Assembly: GCF_006345805.1 (NCBI RefSeq)
Contig: NC_043007.1
Coordinates: 29,202,001-29,266,000, forward strand
Direction: 5' to 3'
Length of the DNA: 64,000 bases
DNA from: Octopus sinensis
Lineage: Eukaryota
Part shown: piece by piece, positions 51,833 to 63,578 of the stretch
How positions within the stretch are numbered: position 1 is the first letter of the stretch
How the letters are laid out: each line of letters starts with the position of its first letter
Position numbers and translations under genes: made by a program
Notes under the pieces: generated by a model
Seen by the model: only the letters and a program-made list of their open reading frames with translations
Databases searched by the model: none
Told to the model about the DNA's origin: nothing

Positions 51833-52085
51833 CAATAATATATACAATGATTATTTAACTCAAAATCGGTGTAAAATTACATCCAATGGAAAACCAAATA
51901 ACATTAAGCAAGTTTCTCCACTCGTTTGCCAATGTCTTATTGTGGTAAGAAGATGAAAGCAAGTCAATGAGTGAACTCTGTCGAGAGAATCGGACACAAA
52001 ATAGAAATGTTATTCTTGGAAAGAAGAAACGAACGTGGGGAGAGTATGGAAGAGTAAAGGGGAGCATTGGCGCGAATCTGCCATC

Positions 52086-52223
52086 TCAACCATCATCAAG
52101 TTCCTCTTCGTCACTGAAATAAGAATCCTTTTTGTATTTCTTTTTGGAGGTTTGAGTATTTTCCGATGTTGTGATGTTCATGCTGCCATCCAGCATGGTC
52201 TTAGCTTGCTCCATCATTTGGTA
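52086..52223 (-). CDS. ZCRB1: ZCRB1 exon 6 (last coding)
   Basis: tttcag|YQMMEQAK...KKYKKDSYFSDEEELDDG*; conserved YFSDEEE C-terminus. Confidence 0.9.
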   Translation of the reverse strand, partial: YQMMEQAKTMLDGSMNITTSENTQTSKKKYKKDSYFSDEEELDDG

Positions 52224-52282
52224 CTGAAACAATAAAATCAAATTTGAGACGTTTAAACTTCCATACAGAATTTTCCATATAG

Positions 52283-52313
<31 letters not shown>

Positions 52314-53331
52314 AATGTTATGTGTTTGATATACTATGAGCTGGGTACTTTATATATTACATTTGATACATACTAGTGTTTATATAGATCGACCCAGAGA
52401 GAATAAAGAGCAAAGTGAACCTTTACATATTTGAAACCCAGAATGTAAAGAGCTGACAGAAATACCACAAGGCACTTAGTCCCACCTTCTCATGATTTCT
52501 AACATAGGTACAAGGAGAGATTTATTGGCAGGGGCGAAGAAGCAATCCCTTGAAGGGATCCAGTACATGACTGGTAACACAATACTTATAACAGGAACAA
52601 GGACACAGATTTGTTAGGATGGAAAGTGAGGGAACAGATAGTTGTACTGACACCAGTACATAACAGGTACACAGGAATAGATGGCTTAGCTTGGCCATAA
52701 AAAACAATTTGTCTAGCACGAGGGTGACAATAATACGCATCATCATCATCATTGTTTAACGTCTGTTTTCCATGCTGGCATGGGTTGGACAGTTTGACAG
52801 AGGGCTGGCAAACCAGATGGCTGCACCAGGCTCCAATCTGATCTGGCAAAGTTACTACAGCTGGATGCCCTTATACATACACAATCATGTATATACATAT
52901 ACATACAACATACATGTATCAACTGTTTTAAGGAGTTTCTCCAGTCAAGTCCTGCAGCCACCCCCCCCCCCCATCCATCTTTGACAGAGTTTAAATCCTA
53001 CTAAAGTTGATTTTGCTTTTCATCCTTTCAGAGCGTAGGGATGAGACACCTTGTGGTATTTGTTCCAGGTCCTTGTGTTCTCAAGTCTTGGGCGACAGTT
53101 TTTAATCTGTTACCTTGTTTAACAACACCACTAGGCACTGCAGGGAGGGGTCCCCTTTAGCAGGGTCCATCCTGGTGTATATATTGAAGTCAGGTTTCCC
53201 TTTTTAGGATGACTTCCTCTCGCCCTCTCTCTCTCCCCTCATCAAACTCAGTGGCCCCTAGTAAATAAAGGGCTATGAGTACTGGTCTTCTCTCCCTCAA
53301 TAAGTGCTGGGAATTAATTCAATATTTTTAC

Positions 53332-53398
53332 CTGGTAATTAATTGCAGCTGACAAACTTTCATCCTCTTCGTCACCATCCAAACTTTTCTTGTCCGAT
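53332..53398 (-). CDS. ZCRB1: ZCRB1 exon 5
   Basis: cctcag|A SDKKSLDGDEEDESLSAAINYQ|gtaaa; phases 2 to 0 fit the flanking exons. Confidence 0.85.
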
Positions 53399-53949
53399 CT
53401 GAGGAAATTATAAAATAACATTGAAATCTGAAACTGATTTGTCTTACTTTTTACAACAATATTTTACATTCATGAACAATAACAACATTATGGTTTTTCT
53501 TGTTATTCTAAATTACAGATACAAATTTCAATTCAATTCGCCCAGATTTTCCTTTTCAAAACTGTTTATATTCACAAGATCATAATTTTAGTTGTAAGAC
53601 AACTGTGTTCATGAGAACTGCTACAGACTTCTGACCCAGTTCTCATTGCTGAATCTGTGGCAGAATTAGAAGAAATACTAGATTTGAAAGCAACACCTAG
53701 AATTAAAAACCAGGACTAAAATAATAGAAAGAGAGAAGACAGGACGCTGAATGGAAAACGGCTGTGGTTGATAATGAGAAGAAGAATAGGAAACGGTTCC
53801 ATATGATGAAACCATTGTAAACTATTAATAGAAGAAAGGTTTGGTGAAAGGTTAAAAGTGGAAGCAGAGTTTGTGGCAGACGAAGAGGGACAATAAACGT
53901 TCAGGAAAGATGGCAATTATAAGAAACAAAGAACAAAGTCCTTACTTAC

Positions 53950-54041
53950 TCATCATCAGATTTTTTTCGTTTTTTCTTTGCAGGTTGTTCCCTGTCACCA
54001 AGGAGGTTGTTAGGACATTTGTAACTCAAGTGACCCTCTTC
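53950..54041 (-). CDS. ZCRB1: ZCRB1 exon 4 (end of CCHC knuckle)
   Basis: gccag|[32 protein letters not shown]|gtaag. Confidence 0.95.
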
Positions 54042-54299
54042 CTGGCAAAGAGAAATGAACCCATATTTATGGACGGACTGTGTGTGTGCATGTTTAATTA
54101 CATGACAGTATACTTCTAATGCTATACACACACACACACACACAAACGTGTGTCAACACAGTTAACAAAAACTCACACAAAGATAATAATAAACATTAGA
54201 AATCAAATTAACAACTCCCACTCAGCCCTCAATTCATGCTAGATATAACAGCTAAACTTGCTGGCAACACACTCACTTTTTGCAATACTTAAGATTAGA

Positions 54300-55200
54300 T
54301 TATTTCGGCCTATGCCCCTCAACTGGGGCTACCTGATGGACAGAAAGACCGATTTTATGACACCCTCTTGCTGACCACCTCGTTGATAAATGACAAGAAC
54401 CTTCTCTTTGTGGCTGGTGATTTCAATGGACATGTTGGACAACATACAGGGGCTTTCCATGGCATACATGGAGGCTATGGTTCTGGTTCCCACAATGAGG
54501 AGGGAACCAGGTTGCTGGAGTTCTGTGATGCAAATGATCTTATGGTTGCAATACTAACTTCAGGAAACCTGCCAGTCACCTAGTCACCTACCAATCTGGT
54601 AGACACACTAGTCAAATTGACTACATCCTCACCAGGAAAAGGGAAAGATGGTTGCTTATAAATGCCAAAACCTTCCCAGGTGAAGAATGTACCCCACAAC
54701 GTAGACTAGTAGTTAACAACTTCAGGATCAAGGCTAAATGGATGTCCAGAAGACGACCAGCATGGAGGAGAAGGGTCTGGAAGCTTAAAGATCCTTTGAA
54801 TAGACAGAGATTTAGAGGTGTATTACTCGAAGCTTTTGACGAAATAGAAAGGGATATAGCATTACATGACGTGGAAGACAACTGGAGGTTTCGACAGGAC
54901 AACCTGCTGAGGGCCACTGACCAAATCTGTGGATGGTGCAAAGTCCCCTCTTGACCCAAGGTAACATGGTAGTCAAACAATGTTGTTGACAGGGCCATTA
55001 GGGAAAAGAAACAGGCTTGGAAGGACTGGAAGAATGGTGGAAGCAGGGAATTGTATTAGACTGTCAAAGGGGAAGCTATGAAACAGGTTTATTTAGCCAG
55101 GGAGAAGCAGATAAGTAAAAATTTGCCAATGTTCTGTGCTGTGAAGACCAAACACTTGAGGTATTTCGTGCTGCGAGACAGTGTGTGAGAGAGAATCATG
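54300..55200 (+). mobile_element. RTE-type LINE endonuclease-region fragment in ZCRB1 intron 3
   Basis: ISAYAPQ, VAGDFNGHVG, GGYGSG, NEEGTRLLEFC, QIDYIL, PQRRLVV, RVWKLKD. Confidence 0.88.
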
Positions 55201-55423
55201 GTGTGTAACCTGAATGTAATTTTTTCCCCTCTACTTTTAGTTATATTTTTAGTTGAAGTGTGTTGTTGAATTTTGAAAAGAATACAAGTGTAGCGCAAAT
55301 GTAATAAAGGTTGTGGATCACTGGTGGACATAGGGATGTTCCAGTTGGATTGATGCCTGCCAGAATATACTTGAGGGAGAGCAACAATAACAACAACAAA
55401 ATTCAGAAATGTCTAGTACCTAC

Positions 55424-55531
55424 CCCACATTCATAGCAATGACTTTTGTCCTTGTAAATCTTTCTTCTTATAAATTCTGGTGTGCGTCCATTGTCTTTAG
55501 CAATGTTACAAGAGAGGGTGCGACCAAACAT
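55424..55531 (-). CDS. ZCRB1: ZCRB1 exon 3
   Basis: gtcag|[36 protein letters not shown]|gtagg. Confidence 0.95.
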
Positions 55532-55748
55532 CTGACAAAGAAACAAAGCTTCAGCAAGTTTTTTTTGTTCTGTTCTGATAAATTTTTAAAATATTACAAT
55601 TTCAAACATTTCATTCAAATTCCAAAAACGTTGAAAGTCTGACAGAAGAAAAAGTGATATTGCGGACAAGAAGAGGAGAATTATTTGTTAAGATGACTAG
55701 ACTTGAGAATAGAATATTAAAGACTGTTTAAAACTACAAGACGGTACC

Positions 55749-55779
<31 letters not shown>

Positions 55780-56257
55780 AGATCACTCTAATGTATGGGG
55801 AAAACACAAATGAACTTCCAGAAACAGAAAATTCCTCGTCAAAGAAATACTGTTAGGGGATTTATATATATATATATACCAAGGGAGATAACTTCAATAT
55901 TATGGGAGAGATCCCCCTTGGCTAAATTATCAGTTTATCAATTGTTAAAGAAAATATTGAACAGTGATTTATTTATTTTTCAAAATTTCAATGTAGGATG
56001 TATTGTAACATGTTTCTGTAATTTTCTATATTTTAACATTAATTTATCATTTAAGTAATACAAATTTATTTGTCATCATTACTGGTCTGGTTACGTATGA
56101 AGCTACATAAAATATATCGTGTGGAAAAGTTCTTTTGAATATTGAGCACAAATAGGTCACATTCAATTTAACTGCACCAACGAGTTCATATGAAACACAA
56201 ACACAAAATATATTCGAAATACAAAATAGAAAACAAATGAAAATAAACGAGACATAC

Positions 56258-56366
56258 TTCTACTTTATTGAGGGCTTTCACAGCCTTGTGGGCACTTTCA
56301 CGTTCCAAAAACAAGACAAAAGCAACACCCTTGCTTTTGCGATTAGAATCTTTCATAATTGTGACT
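56258..56366 (-). CDS. ZCRB1: ZCRB1 exon 2 (RRM RNP1)
   Basis: ttctag|A VTIMKDSNRKSKGVAFVLFLERESAHKAVKALNKVE|gtatg. Confidence 0.95.
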
Positions 56367-56504
56367 CTAGAAAAGAATACAACAACTGATGAGGCACAAA
56401 AGGAGGATGTAAAATATCTTTCAATGAATCTCTCTAAATCTCTGGAAGATAAACACAGAAACATAAAACTATATTTTAGTTTATATTATATTAATATTGG
56501 TTTG

Positions 56505-56932
56505 AAGGTGGCAAACTGGCAGAATTGTTAGCACCCCAGGCAAAACAGCGGTATTTTGTTCGACTTCCCGTTCTGGGTTCAAATTCTGCTGAAGTCAACT
56601 TTGCCTTTCATTCTTTCAGAAGGGTCAATGAAATAAGTACCATGGGGTCAATGTAATCAACTTATCTCCCACCCCCCAACATGCTGGCCTTGTGCTAAAA
56701 TTTGAAACCTGTATTAATATTGGTTTCAAATTCTGGCACAAGGCCAGCAATTTCGGGGCATCGGGTAAGTCAGTTACATTGACCCCAGAACTCAACTGGT
56801 ATTTATTTTATCAATCCTGAAAGGATGAAAGGTAAAGTTGACATCAGAATTTGAACTCGGAACGTAAAAACAGACAAAATACCATCAAGCATTTTGCCCG
56901 GTGTGCTAACGATTCTGCCAGCTCACTGCCTT
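56505..56932. mobile_element. Two tRNA-derived SINEs (family B) tail-to-tail
   Basis: Plus copy 56505-56709 and minus copy 56722-56932 share GGCAGAAT-GTTAGCAC, GTTC-GAGTTCAAATTC and TGCTGGCCTTGTGC..AATTTGAAACC; 15-bp TSD tattaatattggttt flanks the plus copy. Confidence 0.85.
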
Positions 56933-57289
56933 ATATTATAGTAATATTAATTAGTGATTCACTGAATGAATGGGGTGGGGTGGGGAGCAGAAGTTAAGTA
57001 TATTCAAGTTGAACTTTGAAATGTCAAAAACATAAAATGATGTTGTTTTGGTGTGGAGAAGCAAACATTATCGTTTAATGTCTGCCTCCCCTGCTGGCAA
57101 GATGTAAAATAAATGTTTTGATGGCTGGACAAAGTATTGACTGGACTGAACCACAGTACGCAACATACAAAGGGATGCAAACAAACCATGGCGAATTTAG
57201 TGATCAATTCGTTTTGAAATATAATGATTTCCCAACCAGGATCAAATCATATATTTCTGTCCATTCAGGGGACAGTAGTATGAGCGACA

Positions 57290-57900
57290 GTCATGGCCCC
57301 TAGTCCATCAGGAATGACCAGTGAGATGCTTAAAAGGTTCGGCAAAGTGAGATACAGCCTGGTCACTTGTATAGTTAATCAGGTTGTACAGGAAGGGGTC
57401 ATAGCCAATGACTGGCGTAGATAAGGGAGATGCCTAAGAGAAAATTACAGAGATGTCAAACTGCTGGAATGGGTCACAGCTGAATTAGAGAAGAGAGTCA
57501 ACCTAGATGACATGCAGTTCGGTTTTGAGCTGGGAAGAAGCAGCACTGAAACTTTCTAGAAAGGCAACTCCAGAAGTATTTAGCCCAAAATAAAACTGCT
57601 GTACTTGGTATTTGCTGATATGGAGAAAGCCTTTGAGTGGGTTCCTCACATAGTGGTCACTGCAGAAGTTATGGATAGATAAATGGCTGATGAGAGCTAC
57701 ACAAGCCATGTACAGAGGGGGGCGTGAGAGTTGGTAACAAATTTAGTGTGGCAGCAGAGATCATTAGGACTCAATTCTCAGTCCATTTGCATTCATAATG
57801 GTCATTCAGGCCATAACAGAGGTGTTTAAGCTTGGTTGCCTGTGGGGTCTCCTCTTTGCTGATGACCTCTTCTAATAGCTGAATCTATAGTAGAATTAAA
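57290..57900 (+). mobile_element. Highly degraded RTE-type RT fragment in ZCRB1 intron 1
   Basis: Nucleotide similarity to 28590-29470 (NDW, QFGF, DMEKAF, LFADDL). Confidence 0.65.
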
Positions 57901-58420
57901 ATAGAAATTGCTCATGGGGAAACGAAAGCTCTTAAACTAGGCGAGTTCGCATAAAGAACCGGTCTTAAACTCCTCTGTCATGTCCTGTGGTCCGATGATG
58001 AACAGGAGAAACTGAACGCCGAGACTTGATGGATTTCTACCTTAATTCATCACTGAGAACATTGTTGACTGCATCTTTGTAGATCCCTCACAAGCCACTC
58101 ATCTACACCTAGTCTCCTCAATTACTGAGATTCGTGCTACATCAAACGACAGACCAACGAAAGCCAGGACCAGTTGTTTACTCTCAGCCAAGAAACCGCA
58201 AATATAGAAATATCGTAGAATATAAACATCATGAACGACCTTCCAGACAAAACCTTTCAGGTGTTTTATGTGTATAAAATATACCACGTTTAACTCATTT
58301 CAATTAATCTTAGCAGCCTTTTATGTAAAATGAAGATTTATTTGTTAATAGGACGAATGCAGCGTATTGCATTCGTTCTGTAGTGGAGGTCATTTTTTAC
58401 GTATTCGATAACTTTACTAA

Positions 58421-58451
<31 letters not shown>

Positions 58452-58580
58452 TACACACGTGTGTGTCCCCTAAACGACCCCCAGCAGCAAGGCCCGGGGG
58501 TTCCTCTGAGATTCCATCTAAAACTAAAGAATGGATGTCAACTCTAAATTAAACTACAAAGAAATAAAACAGGATCTTAC

Positions 58581-58693
58581 TTGACCACTTTTCCGTACTT
58601 ATTGAATATTTTATGAAGATCATTGTTTGTCAATGAAAACGGCAAATTACTGACGTAAATCGTGCTTTTGCTGGGAGCAAGGCCGCCGCTCAT
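58581..58693 (-). CDS. ZCRB1: ZCRB1 exon 1 (zinc finger CCHC and RRM protein 1, U11/U12 snRNP 31K)
   Basis: [39 protein letters not shown]|gtaag; diagnostic N-terminus; six exons sum to 627 nt (208 aa + stop). Confidence 0.97.
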
Positions 58694-59084
58694 CTTGACT
58701 GTCTGGGGCAACACCGGCGGTGAACGGCAACAAATGTTCCTTGTTAAATATTGGGACCTTGTACAAAACTTTAATTAAACTGATTATTGCTTGCTATTGG
58801 GATTTTGTTTATCGACTTTGGTTTGGAGAAATGGAGTGGAAATCAAAGTTTCAAGTGAATTAACTCTTTAACAAGTAGAATTACTGCTTGTCTGAGTATT
58901 ATATACAATAGAATTCCACATCGTCAGTGAATGTGTTATTTAGTTTCGTACATATTGGATTCCATCTTGGCAAGTGATTAAATCATTGACAAAGTCCAAC
59001 GAGACTGAAACACTCCTGCCTCACTACTAGAACGATGTTCGTCTCACTCCCATATGTGTGTGTGTAAGGGAAATGGACAACAAA

Positions 59085-59620
59085 AAAACCAAGGCAGGAT
59101 GAGTATCTCAAATTATTTAGAATATTTAATTAGAGTAAGAGAAATTTGAGTAATTAAATATTGGAAGCCTTACAGCTGTTTCTGTGATATCCCAAGTGAT
59201 AGGTTAGCATCTCCATACACTGGGTATTCCATCATCAGAGACATGGTGCGTGTATATGAAAGTTCTAGACAGGGAATTCACAGTTTATAAAGGAATAAAA
59301 TAGTAGATAGAAGGATAGAGACAAGAAAATCAAGTTCACAGCTCATCTTCTTCTTCTGGAGGGTGTGGAGGTTGGTCCGTACTTCTGTGAAGGTATATGT
59401 CCTTAAGTATAATCTCAGGTAAATCCAGGCAATACTGCCTGGATTTACCTGGGATTATACTGAAGGATCTATACCTTCATGGAAGTACGGACAGGGAGAT
59501 GTCCATCTATGTATCATATTTAACGTATATATACCATTGAAATGCGTGATGTTGCAATACTACCAAAATATTGCCTGGATTTACCTGAGATTATAGCTTC
59601 ATAGAAGTACAGACCAACCG
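59085..59620 (-). mobile_element. Short Penelope-type element with hammerhead and inverted duplication of its 5' end
   Basis: Tail like that at 12700; arm 59375-59431 mirrored by 59435-59492; further end fragments at 59569-59619 and 61122-61176. Confidence 0.7.
59167..59242 (-). ncRNA. Type I hammerhead ribozyme motif, intact core
   Basis: Reverse complement: gtct-CTGATGA-tggaatacccagtg...cacttgggatatcaca-GAAAC-agct-GTA-aggc. Confidence 0.7.
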
Positions 59621-62117
59621 TACAGTTCAAATTGTGCAAAGGACAACTTTGCCTTTCATCCCTTCAGGGCAATGAATTGATGGACCTTTTAAGGGTCAGG
59701 ATAGATGATTCTTTGTGCTGTTTGTGCAAGATCTGTGTTGTTTTGACACGAATGTCTGTGATAGCATTAGTGCCAAGATGGATTGGTCCATGGCTTTGAA
59801 TAAACATAAAGGCCCCAAAATAAATCCTTTGTACAATATTCACACAGTTCAATAGTTACATAAAGTGATAAAAGAAAAAAAAAGGTAAAATAAGTGAATA
59901 TTTGAACTGAAAAAGGAAATTTATTTACAAAATATAATACAGAACATCATCAAAGTCATTGTTGAATATTGTCAACGATTTCAAAGGAAATAAATAGTTT
60001 TATTGCAATCCATCAGAAATTAATCCACATTTCACATGATTTGTGATAAATATTGCCCATGTTTCCCTGTGTTGAGTGACCGGATTATGTCCCAACATGG
60101 ACGTAAACAGAAAACTGTTTGTGTTCAATGGTAAAATATATTCTGTTCCATGTTAGGGGAGGGAAAACCTGGCTGTGTTTTAAGCATTCAATGGAAAAAA
60201 AGAAAACAAAGGAAAAACAAATAGATTCTTTGAAAAAGTCCCTTTTTTAAAAAAAATTCCTTCAACATAGACATATGTAAACGTCATCTCTTTATATTTT
60301 ATTTATAAACATATGTTTGTTTAATAATACCCTCCTCCATACATATATTGAAAAGGTTAAGAGGTTTCACATGAGTGAATAATATATATTACAAAATAGA
60401 GAGAAAATGCTTTTAGAACTTTGTCATCGATAAAAGAAAGTATTTATATTTTTTCAAAATTTGTTACCAGTTGTAATTACTAAAAAAGGCGATAGGATTA
60501 TGCTGAAATAAAAGGAAAAATATAAAACTCTCCCCAGACACAACAAAATAAAACTAATCCTTTTTGATACCAGTTCTGGATGTTGACATGTTTGTCTTAC
60601 AAGAGCTCTGGCACCACGTGACTTTCGTAAGAAAAACATGACCTTCCAAAACTGATAACAAAAAAAAAGATTAATATAACATTTTTCATTTGATTTTCTC
60701 TTTATTTCAGCATGATTAAATCACCATTTCAAGCGATGGAAACCTGTTGCTTATTTTGATAAAAATGTAAAGACATTCTCTCTTTTATTTATGAAAAGTT
60801 CTCAAAGAATTTTCTTCTTCATGTTTTTTAATACACACTCACCGTTGTTTTATATATTAATTGCTGGACAAGAGAAATATTTCATTTCACATCTGCATTC
60901 CAATCTGGCAAAGATGGAACAAGTCATCATAGTCTAAGTAGGTTCTTAATTGGAGTTAATGCTCTCCTAGACAACCCATGTCTTACTCATATCGTTTCTA
61001 CAGCTTGATACCTTTCCTAATAACAATCACTTTATTTTTTTTGCACATTTCATTGTGACACTGGCACACAAACACACTTCAGTTTGATATATGATTACCC
61101 TAATATATATAGAGAAAGGGTATGGAGGTTGGTCCGCACTTCAGTGAAGGTATAATCTCAGGTAAATCCAGGCAATATATATATAAATACATATACATAC
61201 CTAAGTTATACATATATAATTACCTAACAACATGCACCCACTGACACACACACACGTATCCAAATGTTTGCTTTATGTCCACTTTCCCCTGTTAGCCCAA
61301 GTTGATTAAATACATATTGCTGAGGCTTGTCTTGAAGTCAGAGGTCCTCCTTGCTTCCAACCTTTCCCCATTTTGTTCTCAAAGGGATTTTCTCTTATTC
61401 CATTTTGTCTGTGAAAGAGTGGAGCCAGAGGATGGTTTCTAGTAGGGAAACTCAATAAAATGTGATCCTTTTTTGTGTAAAGTTGCAGAATGTGAACATT
61501 TGTGGTCCTACATAAGCAGGTAGACACACATACCTGTCTGTCAATATAAATACATGCATATCATCCTCATCATTTAACGACTAGACTCTCATTCTAGCAT
61601 GCTCAGACACGACTGGGGTAGGTTTTCTATGCCTGGATGCTCTTCTTGTCACCTTCCAGGTAGAATAATATTTTCCAGGGCAGGACATATTTTTCCATGC
61701 ACGACTAGAAACAAACAACATTGTTTGTATGACCATGACACTTCTTTCATTTCAACCATCATGTGATCTCATGGAAAGGGTACACACACACATACACACT
61801 AAGCTTCTTTCAGTTTCCATCAATCAAATCCACTCACAAGGTCTAAGGTGTCTGTGCAAGGTGCTGTACAGTGGGACTGAACACAAGATCCCATGGTTGG
61901 AAAGCAAACTTCTTCACAACACAGCTACACCTGTGCATACACACACACACATAACACTTGCTCAGTGTCTCACAGGTCAGGTGGATGAGGACTGACTTAG
62001 GGTTATACAACAATAACAAATAAAAGTAGTTTTATTAACAAAGAGAGTACTCAACACAAGATGTAGAGTATATTTATTGATCTGAAAAAAAAAATGTAAA
62101 ATAGATTTCTGTTAGTT

Positions 62118-62202
62118 TCAACAAGGGATGTCCAGTTCTTTCATCAATTCTTGACACTGAATTAACATGGAAGTGGTTGAGTATTCCACAGTCATGTCAA
62201 CC
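62118..62202 (-). CDS. Probable terminal coding exon of an unidentified gene extending beyond the window
   Basis: Strong acceptor (t)n-gg-(t)n-ag|G then VDMTVEYSTTSMLIQCQELMKELDIPC*; followed by AT-rich UTR-like sequence with AATAAA; protein not recognised. Confidence 0.5.
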
Positions 62203-63362
62203 CTAAAAAAAAACCAAAAAAAAAAAAACAGTGTGTCACTACATGTAACAAGAGTGGACTTATTAATTCCTGTGTCAATCCATCCAATGGGTTTCCATAC
62301 AGTTTCCATCTATTCAGCTTCACTCATAAGACATGGGTTGACCTGAGACAATGGTAAAAGACAAAGATGCTAAGATTGAACCTGGCACTCCATGATCATG
62401 AAATGAACTTCTTAATGCTTTGGCCCAAAAGACAACTACTGGTTTACGATGGAGTTTCACGCTGGACAGAGCAATCATCAGTGGGTTAACAGCCATTTGA
62501 TAATTGCTTCCATCAGCATGAAACAAAGTCAACATCCATCGGGAATCTTCATCCTCCTCATCATCATTTTAGAAGTTATTTCATGTTAGCATTGGTCAGA
62601 CAGAACTCAGCACTTTCTCGTTACTCTTTGCAGTTCACAACATCTTCTGCCACCAGACAGAAACAGACTCCTGCCCCCAACCCCATATCTACAATGTCAT
62701 CCATGTCCTACACTATACAGTGGCTGTATTTCATCCACCACCACCACCACCAGTGCAAAGAGAGCTTGTCTACTGCTACTCTGAACACTTTGCATTTCTA
62801 CTTGAAAACCATTCTTTTCTCTTTTCTCCAGACACGTTGTATAAATATGTCACAATCTCACCTGACACCAGTTGCTACACACACACACACACACACACTC
62901 TCACTGAAAGCTAATGGTTTCATTATTCTGATTGCTTTTCCAAGTCTTCTACTTTTGTGTATTTAAACAAACAAGAAAGACAAAAGATAATCAACAGGTT
63001 CGGATGTGCAACCCTTTTCCTCACCTCAACAAACAGACAAAAGTGGGAAAATCAGAAATTCCAAAAAGCAAAGGAGAGAAGCATACAAACATACATACAT
63101 ACATGTGTGTGTGTATATAGAATCAGGGCAGATTGGGTATAGAAATCCAAAGTTTGTAAAATATTTATTAGAAGCTAAAACAGCAGCGTTACTATTTGGA
63201 CTTTCACTTTTTGGACTTTCAAAGCAGAAACTGGAGCCTGATGCAGTCTAATCTTGTAAACCCATCCAACCCATGCCAGCATGGAAGGTGGACATTAAAA
63301 GATGTTGAACATACAAACACACACACATGTGAGTGTGTATGTTTGCAGAAATACTGCACGCT

Positions 63363-63578
63363 AAGGCGGCGAGATGGCAGAAACGTTAGCGCGCCAGGTG
63401 AAATGCTTAGCAGTATTTCGTCTGCCGTTATGTTCTGAGTTCAAATTCTGACGAGGTCGACGTTGCCTTTCGGGGTCGATAAATTAAGTACCAGTTACGT
63501 ACTGGGGTTGATCTAATCGACTTAATGTCTTTGTCCCCTCTATGTTTAGCCCCTTGTGGGCAATAAAGAAATAAGAAA
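63363..63578 (+). mobile_element. tRNA-derived SINE family B, variant with GCCCCTTGTGGGCAATAAA tail
   Basis: GGCGGCGAGATGGCAGAAACGTTAGC...GTTCTGAGTTCAAATTC...TAAGTACCAGTT...TGTCCCCTCTATGTTTAGCCCCTTGTGGGCAATAAAG. Confidence 0.85.

Noticed and set aside
52224-58580. Possible U12-type introns in the minor spliceosome gene ZCRB1
   Set aside because: All five donors are ordinary GT (gtaag, gtatgt, gtagg, gtaag, gtaaa); none matches RTATCCTT
62420-62570. Possible penultimate exon for the 62202 exon
   Set aside because: No clear acceptor or phase-compatible donor
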